IMG/VR virus record: IMGVR_UViG_3300045988_120407
Coordinates: 1-15,705 of that record
Strand: one strand, 5' to 3'
Source: a virus
Length of the DNA: 15,705 bases
Shown here piece by piece: positions 1 through 7,451 of this stretch (position 1 is the first letter of the stretch; each line of letters opens with the position of its first letter). The position numbers and the translations under genes were made by a program. The notes beneath the pieces were generated by a model. That model made no database searches. It saw nothing but the letters and a program-made list of their open reading frames with translations, and was not told where the DNA came from.

Positions 1-101
1 GCCCTTCTTTCCTTACACAAATAATACTACCACCAAAACCACCACCAAAACCTAACCATCATTTTCTAGCCCTTCTTTCCTTACACAAATAATACTACCA
101 C
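1..101. repeat. Terminal 33-bp direct repeat, two copies (1..33 and 69..101), 'gcccttctttccttacacaaataatactaccac'
   Basis: The string is identical at both positions in the sequence. It is mirrored at the right end (15605..15637 and 15673..15705), giving 4 copies per genome. Confidence 0.9.
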
Positions 102-102
102 A

Positions 103-360
103 ATTCGATCAACAAATCAACCACCAAAACCACCACACCAAAATCAACCACCAAAACCACCACCAAAATCAACCACGAACCACCAAGCCCAAAACAAACC
201 ACCAAAACCAACCACGAACCACCACCACCAAAACCAATCACGAACCACCACAGCCAAAACCACCAACAAACTAACAGCCTGATCTAGCCACAACCAAAAC
301 CACCACACCAAAACACATACCACGCAACCACGCACCAACAAACACAACACAAAACAAATA
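103..360. repeat. Strand-asymmetric CA-only (bottom-strand GT-only) degenerate repeat array with A4 tracts phased at ~13 bp
   Basis: The top strand has almost no G or T between ~103 and ~360. Units such as ccaccaaaacc and aaccacgaaccacc recur. 'ccaaaa' starts at 124, 138, 151, 163, 189, 202, 228, 254, 294 and 308. Intervals are 14, 13, 12, 26, 13, 26, 26, 40 and 14, roughly multiples of 13. Confidence 0.8.
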
Positions 361-419
361 AAGCCCATACCTTCCAATTATTCATAACAAAAATACCCCC
401 ATAAAAACAAGTAATAAAA

Positions 420-465
420 TTAGCCCTATTAATTATAGCCAATATCGTATATAATGAAACTACCG
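420..465 (+). promoter_or_regulatory. Putative sigma-A-type early promoter inside the left ITR (-10 TATAAT at 450..455, weak -35, AT-rich upstream)
   Basis: A perfect TATAAT lies ~30 bp upstream of the RBS 'aaggggc' and the ATG at 486. A mirrored copy sits in the right ITR upstream of the leftward ORF starting at 15220. Confidence 0.35.
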
Positions 466-485
466 AAAAGGGAAAGGGGCAAAAG

Positions 486-710
486 ATGAAGAAATATAGC
501 AAGCAAGATATTAAGAACCATATCGCCAATACGTTTGGTTTTGCTATTAATAAAATTGTTCTTCTTGAGTGGGGAACTGATCCTATCGAAGATTGCATGT
601 TTCGTGTCTGTGATATTGTTTACCAAGCCAACTATGACAACTTACATATTTATTGTTATATTGATAAATATAGTTATATTGATTATGAGGAGGTATTATG
701 TGCCCAATAG
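486..710 (+). CDS. Small early protein of unknown function (74 aa); first 9 codons lie inside the ITR
   Basis: ORF track. An SD-like 'aaggggc' sits 8 nt upstream. It is the first gene downstream of the ITR promoter. I recognise no domain. Confidence 0.55.
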   Translation: MKKYSKQDIKNHIANTFGFAINKIVLLEWGTDPIEDCMFRVCDIVYQANYDNLHIYCYIDKYSYIDYEEVLCAQ

Positions 711-774
711 ATAAAGCCCTCATAACCCTAACACTTCTTTTATTCTTCTCACTACCTCTTGCGAGCTGGTTTAT

Positions 775-1032
775 ATGGTAGATGTAAACGAAGTAAACAA
801 GGCACTTTCACTAACGTTTCCATCATTAGAATTTATCAAGATCATAATAGACGTTGATTATACCTATTATGAAACTCGCTTTATACTAGTAATGAGAAAC
901 GGAGACAAACTAGACCGTAAAGTCGAAAGCAAACAGCGCATTATTGCATACGATACCGACTCAATGTATAACGAGTGTTGTAAAGCTGCTAGACGCTTTA
1001 TGAATAAAGACACAGGGCAAGGGGGTGACTAG
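775..1032 (+). CDS. Hypothetical early protein (85 aa)
   Basis: The ORF fills the gap between flanking genes in the same orientation. The RBS is weak, so the start is uncertain. Confidence 0.45.
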   Translation: MVDVNEVNKALSLTFPSLEFIKIIIDVDYTYYETRFILVMRNGDKLDRKVESKQRIIAYDTDSMYNECCKAARRFMNKDTGQGGD

Positions 1033-1034
1033 AT

Positions 1035-1265
1035 ATGATTCGAAAAAAGTTTGTAGAAGTTAAAGCCACTATCACCGATGGCGAAAAAGATTTAGGCGTA
1101 TATACTTACACGGGAAAACCCGTTTCAGATATGAGACTTTTGAAAATGGTACGCCGTGAAACTGGCAACGACTTCGCAACGCTTAAGGGCATTATTAAGA
1201 TCGAAAAAGTTTTTGAATTGTCCGAAGATGATTTTATTAAACATGCTACCGTAAAGGAGAACTAA
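1035..1265 (+). CDS. Putative dsDNA-binding / histone-like early protein (phi29 p6-like, 76 aa)
   Basis: A strong RBS GGGGGTG precedes the start. It sits immediately upstream of the SSB-like gene, as in the phi29 6-5-3-2 order. It is small and basic, and its C-terminal pattern 'FELSEDDFIKHA' resembles the p6 family from memory. Homology was not computed. Confidence 0.35.
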   Translation: MIRKKFVEVKATITDGEKDLGVYTYTGKPVSDMRLLKMVRRETGNDFATLKGIIKIEKVFELSEDDFIKHATVKEN

Positions 1266-1267
1266 AA

Positions 1268-1714
1268 ATGGCTGAATCTTTAGCACTCATTCGCGAAACC
1301 AATGAATCTCTTTCTTTTGATGAAGCAATCAAAACAGGTGTAAACGCGTATGGCATTGTAACCTCTTTCGATGTAGAAACCGATGAGGATAAACGCCGCC
1401 TATTTAAGGCACAGAATACCGCCGCGCCTTTGTCGGATATGGACGGTACCTATATTGATATTGTTGATATTGCGTTTACCACTTCCTCTTTTATCAGTGG
1501 AGACGAAGAAGGCGAAAAAACGGACAATCCCGCCGTTATCCTTATAGACCAAGATGGAGAGTGCTATTTTTCCGCCTCATTGGGCGTGTATGAATCAGTA
1601 AAGGCGCTTATTAATTCCTACGGAATGCCTAAGACTTGGGCTCATCCAATTAAGGTGGTCACTAAGACACGTGCAACGCGCAATGGTCGCACCTATCGTT
1701 ATTTAGATATGTAA
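1268..1714 (+). CDS. Putative single-stranded DNA-binding protein (phi29 p5-like, 148 aa)
   Basis: RBS AAGGAG. The motifs FDVET..LFKAQNT..DGTYIDI and DGECYFSASLG line up with the remembered phi29 p5 FDTET..IFNAQT..DGTII and DGSLYSAIS. It sits just upstream of TP and DNAP. Confidence 0.5.
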   Translation: MAESLALIRETNESLSFDEAIKTGVNAYGIVTSFDVETDEDKRRLFKAQNTAAPLSDMDGTYIDIVDIAFTTSSFISGDEEGEKTDNPAVILIDQDGECYFSASLGVYESVKALINSYGMPKTWAHPIKVVTKTRATRNGRTYRYLDM

Positions 1715-1741
1715 TAGGTTTTATAAATTTTAGTTATTGGT

Positions 1742-1770
1742 AGCCCCTACCCCTCAACTGGGGAGGGGCT
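1742..1770 (+). other. GC-rich hairpin (agcccctacccc / ggggaggggct, loop tcaact) between SSB and TP genes; weak U-tract
   Basis: The inverted repeat is read directly from the sequence. It is followed by 'tattcat', a poor T-run, so it is more likely an attenuator or RNA-stability hairpin than a full terminator. Confidence 0.4.
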
Positions 1771-1797
1771 TATTCATCAACAGTAAGGCGGGGCGAT

Positions 1798-2652
1798 ATG
1801 GCTATTAGTAAAAAAGAATTATCACGATTGCAGAAAAACGCGCGTAATAAGCTTTACCGCTTGCGAAAAAAGGGCATCACTAACGCTCAAATCAATCAAA
1901 TGGCCGTACCTGTTAAATCGTGGGACGAAGTGCAGACCATGAGCGCTCGTGAGCAGAACGCCTATGCTCGACAATTACGAGAGTTTAATTCTCGTGAAAA
2001 TCGAATCGAGACACAGGGAAAATCTCTAAATTACATATTGCAACGAAATAGTAATATCGCTTTGCCCTATGAAAAAGTTTTTGAATACCGTACTGCAGAA
2101 GCAGAGAGAAACATAATCAGAGCGGAGCGCCGAGCAAGGCTCGAGAGCATCCGTGAAAATGTGGAGCTAAACAAGCCAGACGATGTTATAGCAGCCGTTG
2201 AATCAATCACAAAGAATTTACCAGAAAAAATATCTCGTGAGGATTTCGGACGAGGTGGAACAGAAAATCTAGTAGCACAGGTAGAACCGCGTAATAACCC
2301 GTTCAAATCGTTAGAACAATTAGAAAACGCGATTAAAGCCTATAACCGAGCAGTTAAAAACGCCCCTAAGACCGACGAAGCGTTAACTAGGCAAAACAGG
2401 GGGTATATTGAATCAGTTACTAATCGTTTAAGCGATGAGGGTTATTTAACGGAGGAATTAGCCAACATATTAGATAACTTAACCGACGATCAAATATATT
2501 ACCTTTATCACTATACCGATTTTGATGGTTTGACCGCCGTTTATCGCTATACACGTGATTATGATAAAGGACATTCAGGCGTTGCCGAAGCAACCAAGGG
2601 CGATAATTACGATAACATTTGGTCTATGCTTAACATAGTCAAGAATATATAG
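1798..2652 (+). CDS. Terminal protein (protein primer for DNA replication), 284 aa
   Basis: It lies immediately upstream of the protein-primed DNA polymerase, with a 4-nt gap. Its size is close to phi29 TP (266 aa). The N-terminus is strongly basic (KKELSRLQKNARNKLYRLRKKG) and the C-terminal half is acidic and Ser/Thr/Tyr-rich. The genome has ITRs. Confidence 0.7.
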   Translation: MAISKKELSRLQKNARNKLYRLRKKGITNAQINQMAVPVKSWDEVQTMSAREQNAYARQLREFNSRENRIETQGKSLNYILQRNSNIALPYEKVFEYRTAEAERNIIRAERRARLESIRENVELNKPDDVIAAVESITKNLPEKISREDFGRGGTENLVAQVEPRNNPFKSLEQLENAIKAYNRAVKNAPKTDEALTRQNRGYIESVTNRLSDEGYLTEELANILDNLTDDQIYYLYHYTDFDGLTAVYRYTRDYDKGHSGVAEATKGDNYDNIWSMLNIVKNI

Positions 2653-2656
2653 AGCT

Positions 2657-4363
2657 ATGGACTATGCAGAGTATGCAGCCGATTTTGAAACCAACACAAC
2701 AGAAGAGGGAGTGGCAAAAAATCCTGTTTGGGCGTGGGGCGTGTGCCTGGTCGGTAATAATGACACTTTTACTTATGGTCTATCAATCGAAAGTTTTATG
2801 GACACGATCTTAAATTTTAATAATGCTAGGATTTGGTTTCATAATTTGGCGTTCGATGGAAAATTTATAATTGATTATCTGTTAAGACACGATTTTAAAC
2901 ACGTTGAACAGATAAACGACAATATGCAACTAAGCACGCTTATCGATGATATGGGACGGTTCTATTCAATAAAGTTTCGCGCTATGGATAAAGAAATAGT
3001 GTTCGCTGATAGTCTTAAAAAAGTAACTATGAGTTTGGCCGATGCCGCCAACACCTACCATCTCGAAATGACCAAAGGCGAAATAGATTACAGCATCTAT
3101 AGGCCATCTGGTCATGAGTTGACCGCGCAAGAATTGGACTATTTACGGCGTGATGTTTGCATATTGGCGCAAGTGCTAGAGCAACGTTTAAAAATGGGAA
3201 CGAAGCTCACAACGTCGGCGGATTGTTTAGCAGTTTATAAGGATTTAATCGATAGTAAGAAGTTTAATAAACTTTTTCCAATGTTGCCAAAAAGAGCCGA
3301 TCACGACATAAGAAAATCGTATAAGGGCGGTTACGTATACGTTAACCCAATTCACCAAAACAAGACTTACCGTAAAGATGGTGTTTCGTTGGATGTTAAT
3401 AGTATGTATCCCTATCAAATGCGTTATAAATCTTATCCGTACGGTTTGCCTGAATTTGTCATGAACGAAAAAGAATTAGACGGCCTTTATGTCGCCTGTA
3501 TAGAATATACAGCCAAGTTAAAGCCACGGTGTTTGCCCTGTATACAGATTAAAGACAATTCGAAATTCAATCCTAGGGAGTATCAGCGCAATATTACGGA
3601 GCCTTTGATAGGCTGGTTCACAAGTGTGGATATAGAACTTATGCGGGATATGTATGACTTGGATATAATCGACTTTTTAGGGGCTTATAAGTTTAATAGC
3701 CAATACGGGTTATTTGACGATTATATAGATATTAACAATTACAATAAGACGCACGCGACTAATCCAGGTGAACGTTTTCAGGCGAAATTATGCAATAATT
3801 CGCTTTATGGAAAGTTCGGGCAAAAGATACAGGGAAGCAAGAAAATACCCGTTTTACAAGATGATACGGTTCATTATAAGCTGGTAGACGGTGACGATCG
3901 AGACCCTGTTTATATCCCTATTGCATCGTTTGTTACCGCTTATGCGCGAGACTATCTCATTAGAACGGCGGTAAAGTTTGGTGATAATTATATCTATAGC
4001 GATACCGATAGTATCAAGGCGTTTGGCGGTGTCCCCGAGTGGCTAGAAACCGACCCTAAAAAATTAGGTTATTTCGATTGCGAATACCGATTTAAGAAAT
4101 GCCGTTTTATCAGACCGAAAACCTACGCCGTGCAACTTGATAATGGTGAATACTCATATACTTGTGCAGGTATGCCACAAGGGCTAAAAGATGTAATGAG
4201 TTTTGATGATTTCAAGATAGGTTTTACCAATGACCCTAAACTAATTAAAGATATGAATAGGTTCAATAACAAATACTTATCAAAAGACTGTTATAAATTG
4301 GTGCCTAAGTTGGTAAAAGGCGGCGTTATACTTGAAGAAAGGCCATTTACTATAAGGGGGTAA
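2657..4363 (+). CDS. Protein-primed family B DNA polymerase (phi29 gp2-like), 568 aa
   Basis: Exo I 'DFETNT', Exo II 'HNLAFDGKFIIDYLL' and Exo III 'YLRRDVCILAQVL' are present. So are motif A 'LDVNSMYPYQM', motif B 'KLCNNSLYGKFGQ', motif C 'YSDTDSIKA' and KxY 'RPKTYAVQ'. All closely match the phi29 polymerase motifs. Confidence 0.95.
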   Translation: MDYAEYAADFETNTTEEGVAKNPVWAWGVCLVGNNDTFTYGLSIESFMDTILNFNNARIWFHNLAFDGKFIIDYLLRHDFKHVEQINDNMQLSTLIDDMGRFYSIKFRAMDKEIVFADSLKKVTMSLADAANTYHLEMTKGEIDYSIYRPSGHELTAQELDYLRRDVCILAQVLEQRLKMGTKLTTSADCLAVYKDLIDSKKFNKLFPMLPKRADHDIRKSYKGGYVYVNPIHQNKTYRKDGVSLDVNSMYPYQMRYKSYPYGLPEFVMNEKELDGLYVACIEYTAKLKPRCLPCIQIKDNSKFNPREYQRNITEPLIGWFTSVDIELMRDMYDLDIIDFLGAYKFNSQYGLFDDYIDINNYNKTHATNPGERFQAKLCNNSLYGKFGQKIQGSKKIPVLQDDTVHYKLVDGDDRDPVYIPIASFVTAYARDYLIRTAVKFGDNYIYSDTDSIKAFGGVPEWLETDPKKLGYFDCEYRFKKCRFIRPKTYAVQLDNGEYSYTCAGMPQGLKDVMSFDDFKIGFTNDPKLIKDMNRFNNKYLSKDCYKLVPKLVKGGVILEERPFTIRG

Positions 4364-4366
4364 TAT

Positions 4367-4726
4367 ATGCAAGTTGAATTATATGCGGCCTTAGTTGTGA
4401 TGCTTTTTATAATTCTTGATTTTGTTTCGGGGATTATTAAAGCAGCAATTAAAAGCGAGTTATCAAGTACCAAGATGCGAGAAGGGCTTATGCACAAGTT
4501 GAGTTTCATTCTTGCGCTTTTGCTTGGTTGGCTGTGTGAATGGTCAATGCCTATTTTGGGCTTGCCTGATGTTTTCGGGGCGGTATATATGGGTGTGGCT
4601 GTTTATATTTCGTGCACCGAAATAGTAAGCATTTTGGAAAATTTAGGCGAGATAAATCCTGAATTAAAAACAAGTAAATTTTTGTCACTTTTTGGCGAAA
4701 ATACTACCGATAATAAGGAGGGCTAA
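4367..4726 (+). CDS. Holin (phage_holin_4_1 / TIGR01593-like), 119 aa, predicted TM helices
   Basis: RBS AAGGGGGG. It has hydrophobic segments and the family signature 'ILDFVSGIIKAAIKSELSSTKMREGLMHKL'. It sits directly upstream of the endolysin. Confidence 0.8.
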   Translation: MQVELYAALVVMLFIILDFVSGIIKAAIKSELSSTKMREGLMHKLSFILALLLGWLCEWSMPILGLPDVFGAVYMGVAVYISCTEIVSILENLGEINPELKTSKFLSLFGENTTDNKEG

Positions 4727-4727
4727 A

Positions 4728-5528
4728 ATGAGTGTAAATATTATTGAAACTAATCTTTCTTTTAAGGCGATGACTAATCGTTCACGCACTACACGAATCA
4801 TCTTGCACCATGCAGCCGCAATCGAATGCAGTGCTGAAGATATTCACTCTTGGCACTTGGCCAAAGGTTGGGCGGGCGCGGGCTATCATTTCCTCGTGCG
4901 TAAGGACGGAAAAATTTACCGCTTGCGACCAGAAAACAAAGTAGGAGCTCATGCGTCGGGTTCTAATTCCGATTCATTAGGTGTATGCTTTGAGGGCGAT
5001 TTTATGACGGAAACCATGGGCGAGACACAACGCAAGACGGGCTCTGAATTGGTTTCTTACCTAAAATCTAAGTACGGAATTTCTAAAGTTCAGAGGCATA
5101 AGGATGTTTGTGCTACAGACTGCCCAGGCGTTAATTTTCCATTTAACGAAATTGCAAATACAGGGTCTAGCACCTCCGCAACAACTTCTAACGGCGGCGA
5201 TGTTGCTGTTGATGGTTGGATTGGTGTAAACACTAATAAAAAAGCACAGCGTTATTTCGGAACTCCTGTAGACGGTGTTATGTCAAACCAAGACCCTAGC
5301 CTCAAACGCTATTTTCCGCGCATTGATTCACGAGCTATTAATTATAATGGCGGCAACGGCTCTAATCTCGTAGCAGCGATACAACGATTATTAGGTGTAA
5401 AAGATGACGGCTTTATGGGACCAGAAACTATTAAAGCGATGCAACGTTTTCTCGGGGTTGCGCAAGATGGTATTCTTGGTTATGACACCGCTAGCGCATG
5501 GCAGCGCTGGTTAAACGCGCATTGCTAA
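4728..5528 (+). CDS. Endolysin: N-acetylmuramoyl-L-alanine amidase (Amidase_2/PGRP) with C-terminal PG_binding_1 repeats, 266 aa
   Basis: AGGAGG lies 7 nt upstream of the ATG at 4728. The track ORF start at 4692 overlaps the holin and lacks an RBS. Zn-ligand context 'ILHHAA...HKDVCATDCPG' is present. C-terminal repeats fit 'QRxLGV..DGxxGxxTxxAxQRFLGV'. Confidence 0.85.
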   Translation: MSVNIIETNLSFKAMTNRSRTTRIILHHAAAIECSAEDIHSWHLAKGWAGAGYHFLVRKDGKIYRLRPENKVGAHASGSNSDSLGVCFEGDFMTETMGETQRKTGSELVSYLKSKYGISKVQRHKDVCATDCPGVNFPFNEIANTGSSTSATTSNGGDVAVDGWIGVNTNKKAQRYFGTPVDGVMSNQDPSLKRYFPRIDSRAINYNGGNGSNLVAAIQRLLGVKDDGFMGPETIKAMQRFLGVAQDGILGYDTASAWQRWLNAHC

Positions 5529-5531
5529 CTA

Positions 5532-5560
5532 TTGAACGAAGGATGATTTTAAAGTAAGAT
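5532..5560 (+). promoter_or_regulatory. Putative sigma-A promoter TTGAAC-17-TAAGAT directly after endolysin stop
   Basis: The -35 ttgaac (5532..5537), a 17-bp spacer and the -10 taagat (5555..5560) are read from the sequence. This would initiate at ~5567. Confidence 0.4.
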
Positions 5561-5566
5561 TATCTA

Positions 5567-5738
5567 TACAGATAGTGCCGCCGTTTATAAGTAGTATGTA
5601 AAGTATCACCATAAGACAAAGCCTTGCGGCTATTGGTGATATAGTCCCTTGTCCCTGGCTCGACACTTTCTCGGTACGGTCTATCTGTAAAGATACGGGC
5701 TATTGGTGTATAATTATCACTGATAGCCCTTTTATTTT
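5567..5738 (+). ncRNA. Candidate ~170-nt structured small RNA / structured leader (pRNA-sized) ending in an intrinsic terminator
   Basis: A non-coding gap of ~225 bp. A long-range stem pairs 5560..5574 'tatctatacagatag' with 5682..5696 'ctatctgtaaagata' (14/15). An internal hairpin pairs 'tatcacca' with 'tggtgata'. A 12-bp direct repeat 'ggctattggtg' occurs twice (5628, 5699). A terminator hairpin closes it. Confidence 0.25.
5697..5738 (+). terminator. Rho-independent terminator (stem gggctattggtg / cactgatagccc, loop ~8 nt, then TTTTATTTT)
   Basis: A 7-bp perfect stem is extended by 5 more pairs with 2 G·U wobbles, then a 9-nt T-rich tract. The scaffold gene RBS and GTG follow immediately, so late transcription must read through or start upstream. 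Confidence 0.7.
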
Positions 5739-5752
5739 AGGAGGTAAAACAG

Positions 5753-6046
5753 GTGGATATTTTCGAACTATTGGCGGGTATCACTGATGAAATTGAAGAT
5801 TATCCCGCGTATTTATCCAATATTAATGATGCTTTTACGTCATATAACGACGGCCAGGTAGCATTAATCGAACAGCGCAATCAAGAGATTGAAGAGCTGC
5901 GCCGCGAAAACACTGATTTAAAAGCCAAGAATTATGAACTAATCATGGCGGAGACTGGTAATTCTGAAGATGAGGATGAGCCAGACGAAGCCGAAGAACT
6001 AACTATTGAAGATAAAGTTAAAGAAAACCTAATGAAGGAGGATTAA
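5753..6046 (+). CDS. Head scaffolding protein (phi29 gp7-like), 97 aa, GTG start
   Basis: RBS AGGAGG then GTG. It is a small, highly acidic, coiled-coil protein directly upstream of the major capsid gene. Its C-terminal 'ELTIEDKVKE' resembles the gp7 end 'ETITIEDLEAK'. Confidence 0.75.
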   Translation: MDIFELLAGITDEIEDYPAYLSNINDAFTSYNDGQVALIEQRNQEIEELRRENTDLKAKNYELIMAETGNSEDEDEPDEAEELTIEDKVKENLMKED

Positions 6047-7435
6047 ATGCCAGCAACCCTAACACTAAGTAACGCCGAAGTGCTTAACATGGTTCGAAGT
6101 GAAGCATCGGCGAGTTATCAGGAACGAATCCCCGCAGCAACGCGCGGCAATATCGCGAAAATTTTTGAAACGTTGGACGCGTATAGTCCAATTATGAATG
6201 AGTTCAATGATTTGTTGGTAAATCGTATTGGCTTAACGGTTTTTCAGACTAACTCATTCCGTAATTCACTCGCGCCATTGAAGCGTGGAGAGCAGCAATT
6301 CGGCGGAATGGTGCAGGAAATTCAGGGCGGGCTTATTTCTGCGGAGCGTTATGACCCTAATAACACTAATCCATTTGGAGCACCAAAGCCTGATATTGAA
6401 GTAAATTACTACAGCATGAACCGCCAGGATGTTTACCCTATGCGCTACAATCGCGACCAGTTGCGGCAAGCATTTGTTAATGATGGCGGCTTATCGGGTA
6501 TGATTAATGACATTTTGGCAATACCGTTAAAGTCCGATCAATGGGATGAATACTTGATTATGCGTAATCTCGTAAAGGGCGCGCATGATGCTTGGACAAT
6601 GCCAACTGTTAAAGTACCTGATATTGCAACTGCTAGCGACAAAGAAGCAGCAGGAAAAGAAATTGCAGTAGCAATGCGTGAGCATTACTTAATGATGCGC
6701 GACTTCATTAAGACACAGTACAATCCAAAGCATATGCCCGTATCTAGTGACGAGCTGGTAGTTTTGGGGACACCTGCATTTTTTGCATACTTTGATGTTG
6801 AAGTTTTGGCGGCGGCCTTCCATATGGATAAAGCAAACTTTATTGCTGAGAGAACCATTGTAGTTGATGACTTTGACATTGCAGGAGCACAAGCGGTGCT
6901 CATTGATGCGAGCGCCTATGTTTGCGCTGATAACCTTGTGGCAAATGACACTATTTATAATCCGCGTACCCGCGATTGGATTAGTTACTTGCATCACTGG
7001 GGTACTTACGCGCTGTCTGATATGCGTAATATGCTTTTGTTCTCTTCTACGGAAGAGGATAATTTAGGAAGTGTTACCGCTAAGACCGTGACTAGTGTAA
7101 GTCTTGCATTGACTAATACGGTAGCCGATAATGCTGTACTTGAACCAGGAGCCGAAATCGAACTTACTCCGAAAGTAACCTACAGTGATACCTCAACCGA
7201 CGAAGCGGTATTTTACTTGATTACTGATCTAAGCGCTACCGCTCCGACCGATACCAGTGCACCCGCGCCTAACGTTATCAGCCCTGATACAGGCACGTAT
7301 GTAGACGATCAAAACGTGTTACATGTTTCACGCAATAGCACGTATGAAACTCTTAACATTACGGCTTATGCAGCAGCTAATAATACTAAGCTTGCAAACC
7401 TTGAACTTAACAAGGTAGGCTATTCAGCGGGTTAA
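6047..7435 (+). CDS. Major capsid protein (phi29 gp8-like) with C-terminal Ig-like (BIG2-type) domain, 462 aa
   Basis: RBS AAGGAGG. 'FNDLLVNRIGLTVFQTNSFRNSLAPLKRG' matches gp8 '[29 protein letters not shown]'. 'NPRTRDW' matches 'NPRGLYW'. The C-terminal segment VTSVSLALTNTVADNAV...LTPKVTYSD is Ig-like. Confidence 0.9.
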   Translation: MPATLTLSNAEVLNMVRSEASASYQERIPAATRGNIAKIFETLDAYSPIMNEFNDLLVNRIGLTVFQTNSFRNSLAPLKRGEQQFGGMVQEIQGGLISAERYDPNNTNPFGAPKPDIEVNYYSMNRQDVYPMRYNRDQLRQAFVNDGGLSGMINDILAIPLKSDQWDEYLIMRNLVKGAHDAWTMPTVKVPDIATASDKEAAGKEIAVAMREHYLMMRDFIKTQYNPKHMPVSSDELVVLGTPAFFAYFDVEVLAAAFHMDKANFIAERTIVVDDFDIAGAQAVLIDASAYVCADNLVANDTIYNPRTRDWISYLHHWGTYALSDMRNMLLFSSTEEDNLGSVTAKTVTSVSLALTNTVADNAVLEPGAEIELTPKVTYSDTSTDEAVFYLITDLSATAPTDTSAPAPNVISPDTGTYVDDQNVLHVSRNSTYETLNITAYAAANNTKLANLELNKVGYSAG

Positions 7436-7451
7436 AATTAAAGGGGGAGCA

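Larger units (their letters stand above)
1..512. repeat. Left inverted terminal repeat (~512 bp); reverse complement of 15194..15705
   Basis: The reverse complement of 1..512 matches the right end of the window base-for-base by eye. The ORF track shows the same: identical 77-aa ORFs at 144..377(-) and 15329..15562(+), and shared peptide strings between 284..598(-) and 15204..15422(+). Identity breaks near 513/15193. Confidence 0.9.

Noticed and set aside
103-360. CRISPR array, telomere-like repeats or G-quadruplex in the CA/GT array
   Set aside because: The repeats are degenerate and unspaced: there is no repeat-spacer alternation, so this is not CRISPR. The bottom-strand G-runs are only GG, so stable G4 is unlikely. 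The resemblance to C4A4-type telomere repeats is superficial.
144-598. Track ORFs 144..377(-), 284..598(-), 429..626(-) and their mirror copies 15204..15422(+), 15329..15562(+)
   Set aside because: They lie on the GT-only strand of the CA/GT low-complexity ITR array. Translations are W/F/G/V-only strings. No stop codons appear only because of the composition bias. They have no RBS and overlap the predicted promoter. They are artefacts of the repeat.
1742-1780. Hairpin between SSB and TP genes as a full intrinsic terminator
   Set aside because: The stem is GC-rich but the downstream T-tract is poor (tattcat). TP and DNAP must be expressed from upstream, so it is more likely an attenuator or stability element.
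2657-4363. Intron or homing-endonuclease insertion in the DNAP gene
   Set aside because: The polymerase motifs occur in canonical order and spacing in a single uninterrupted 568-aa frame. No inserted ORF or structured gap is present.
4692-4727. Upstream ATG at 4692 as endolysin start (track ORF 4692..5528)
   Set aside because: It would overlap the holin by 35 nt and has no RBS. The ATG at 4728 has a canonical AGGAGG 7 nt upstream and begins the amidase domain.
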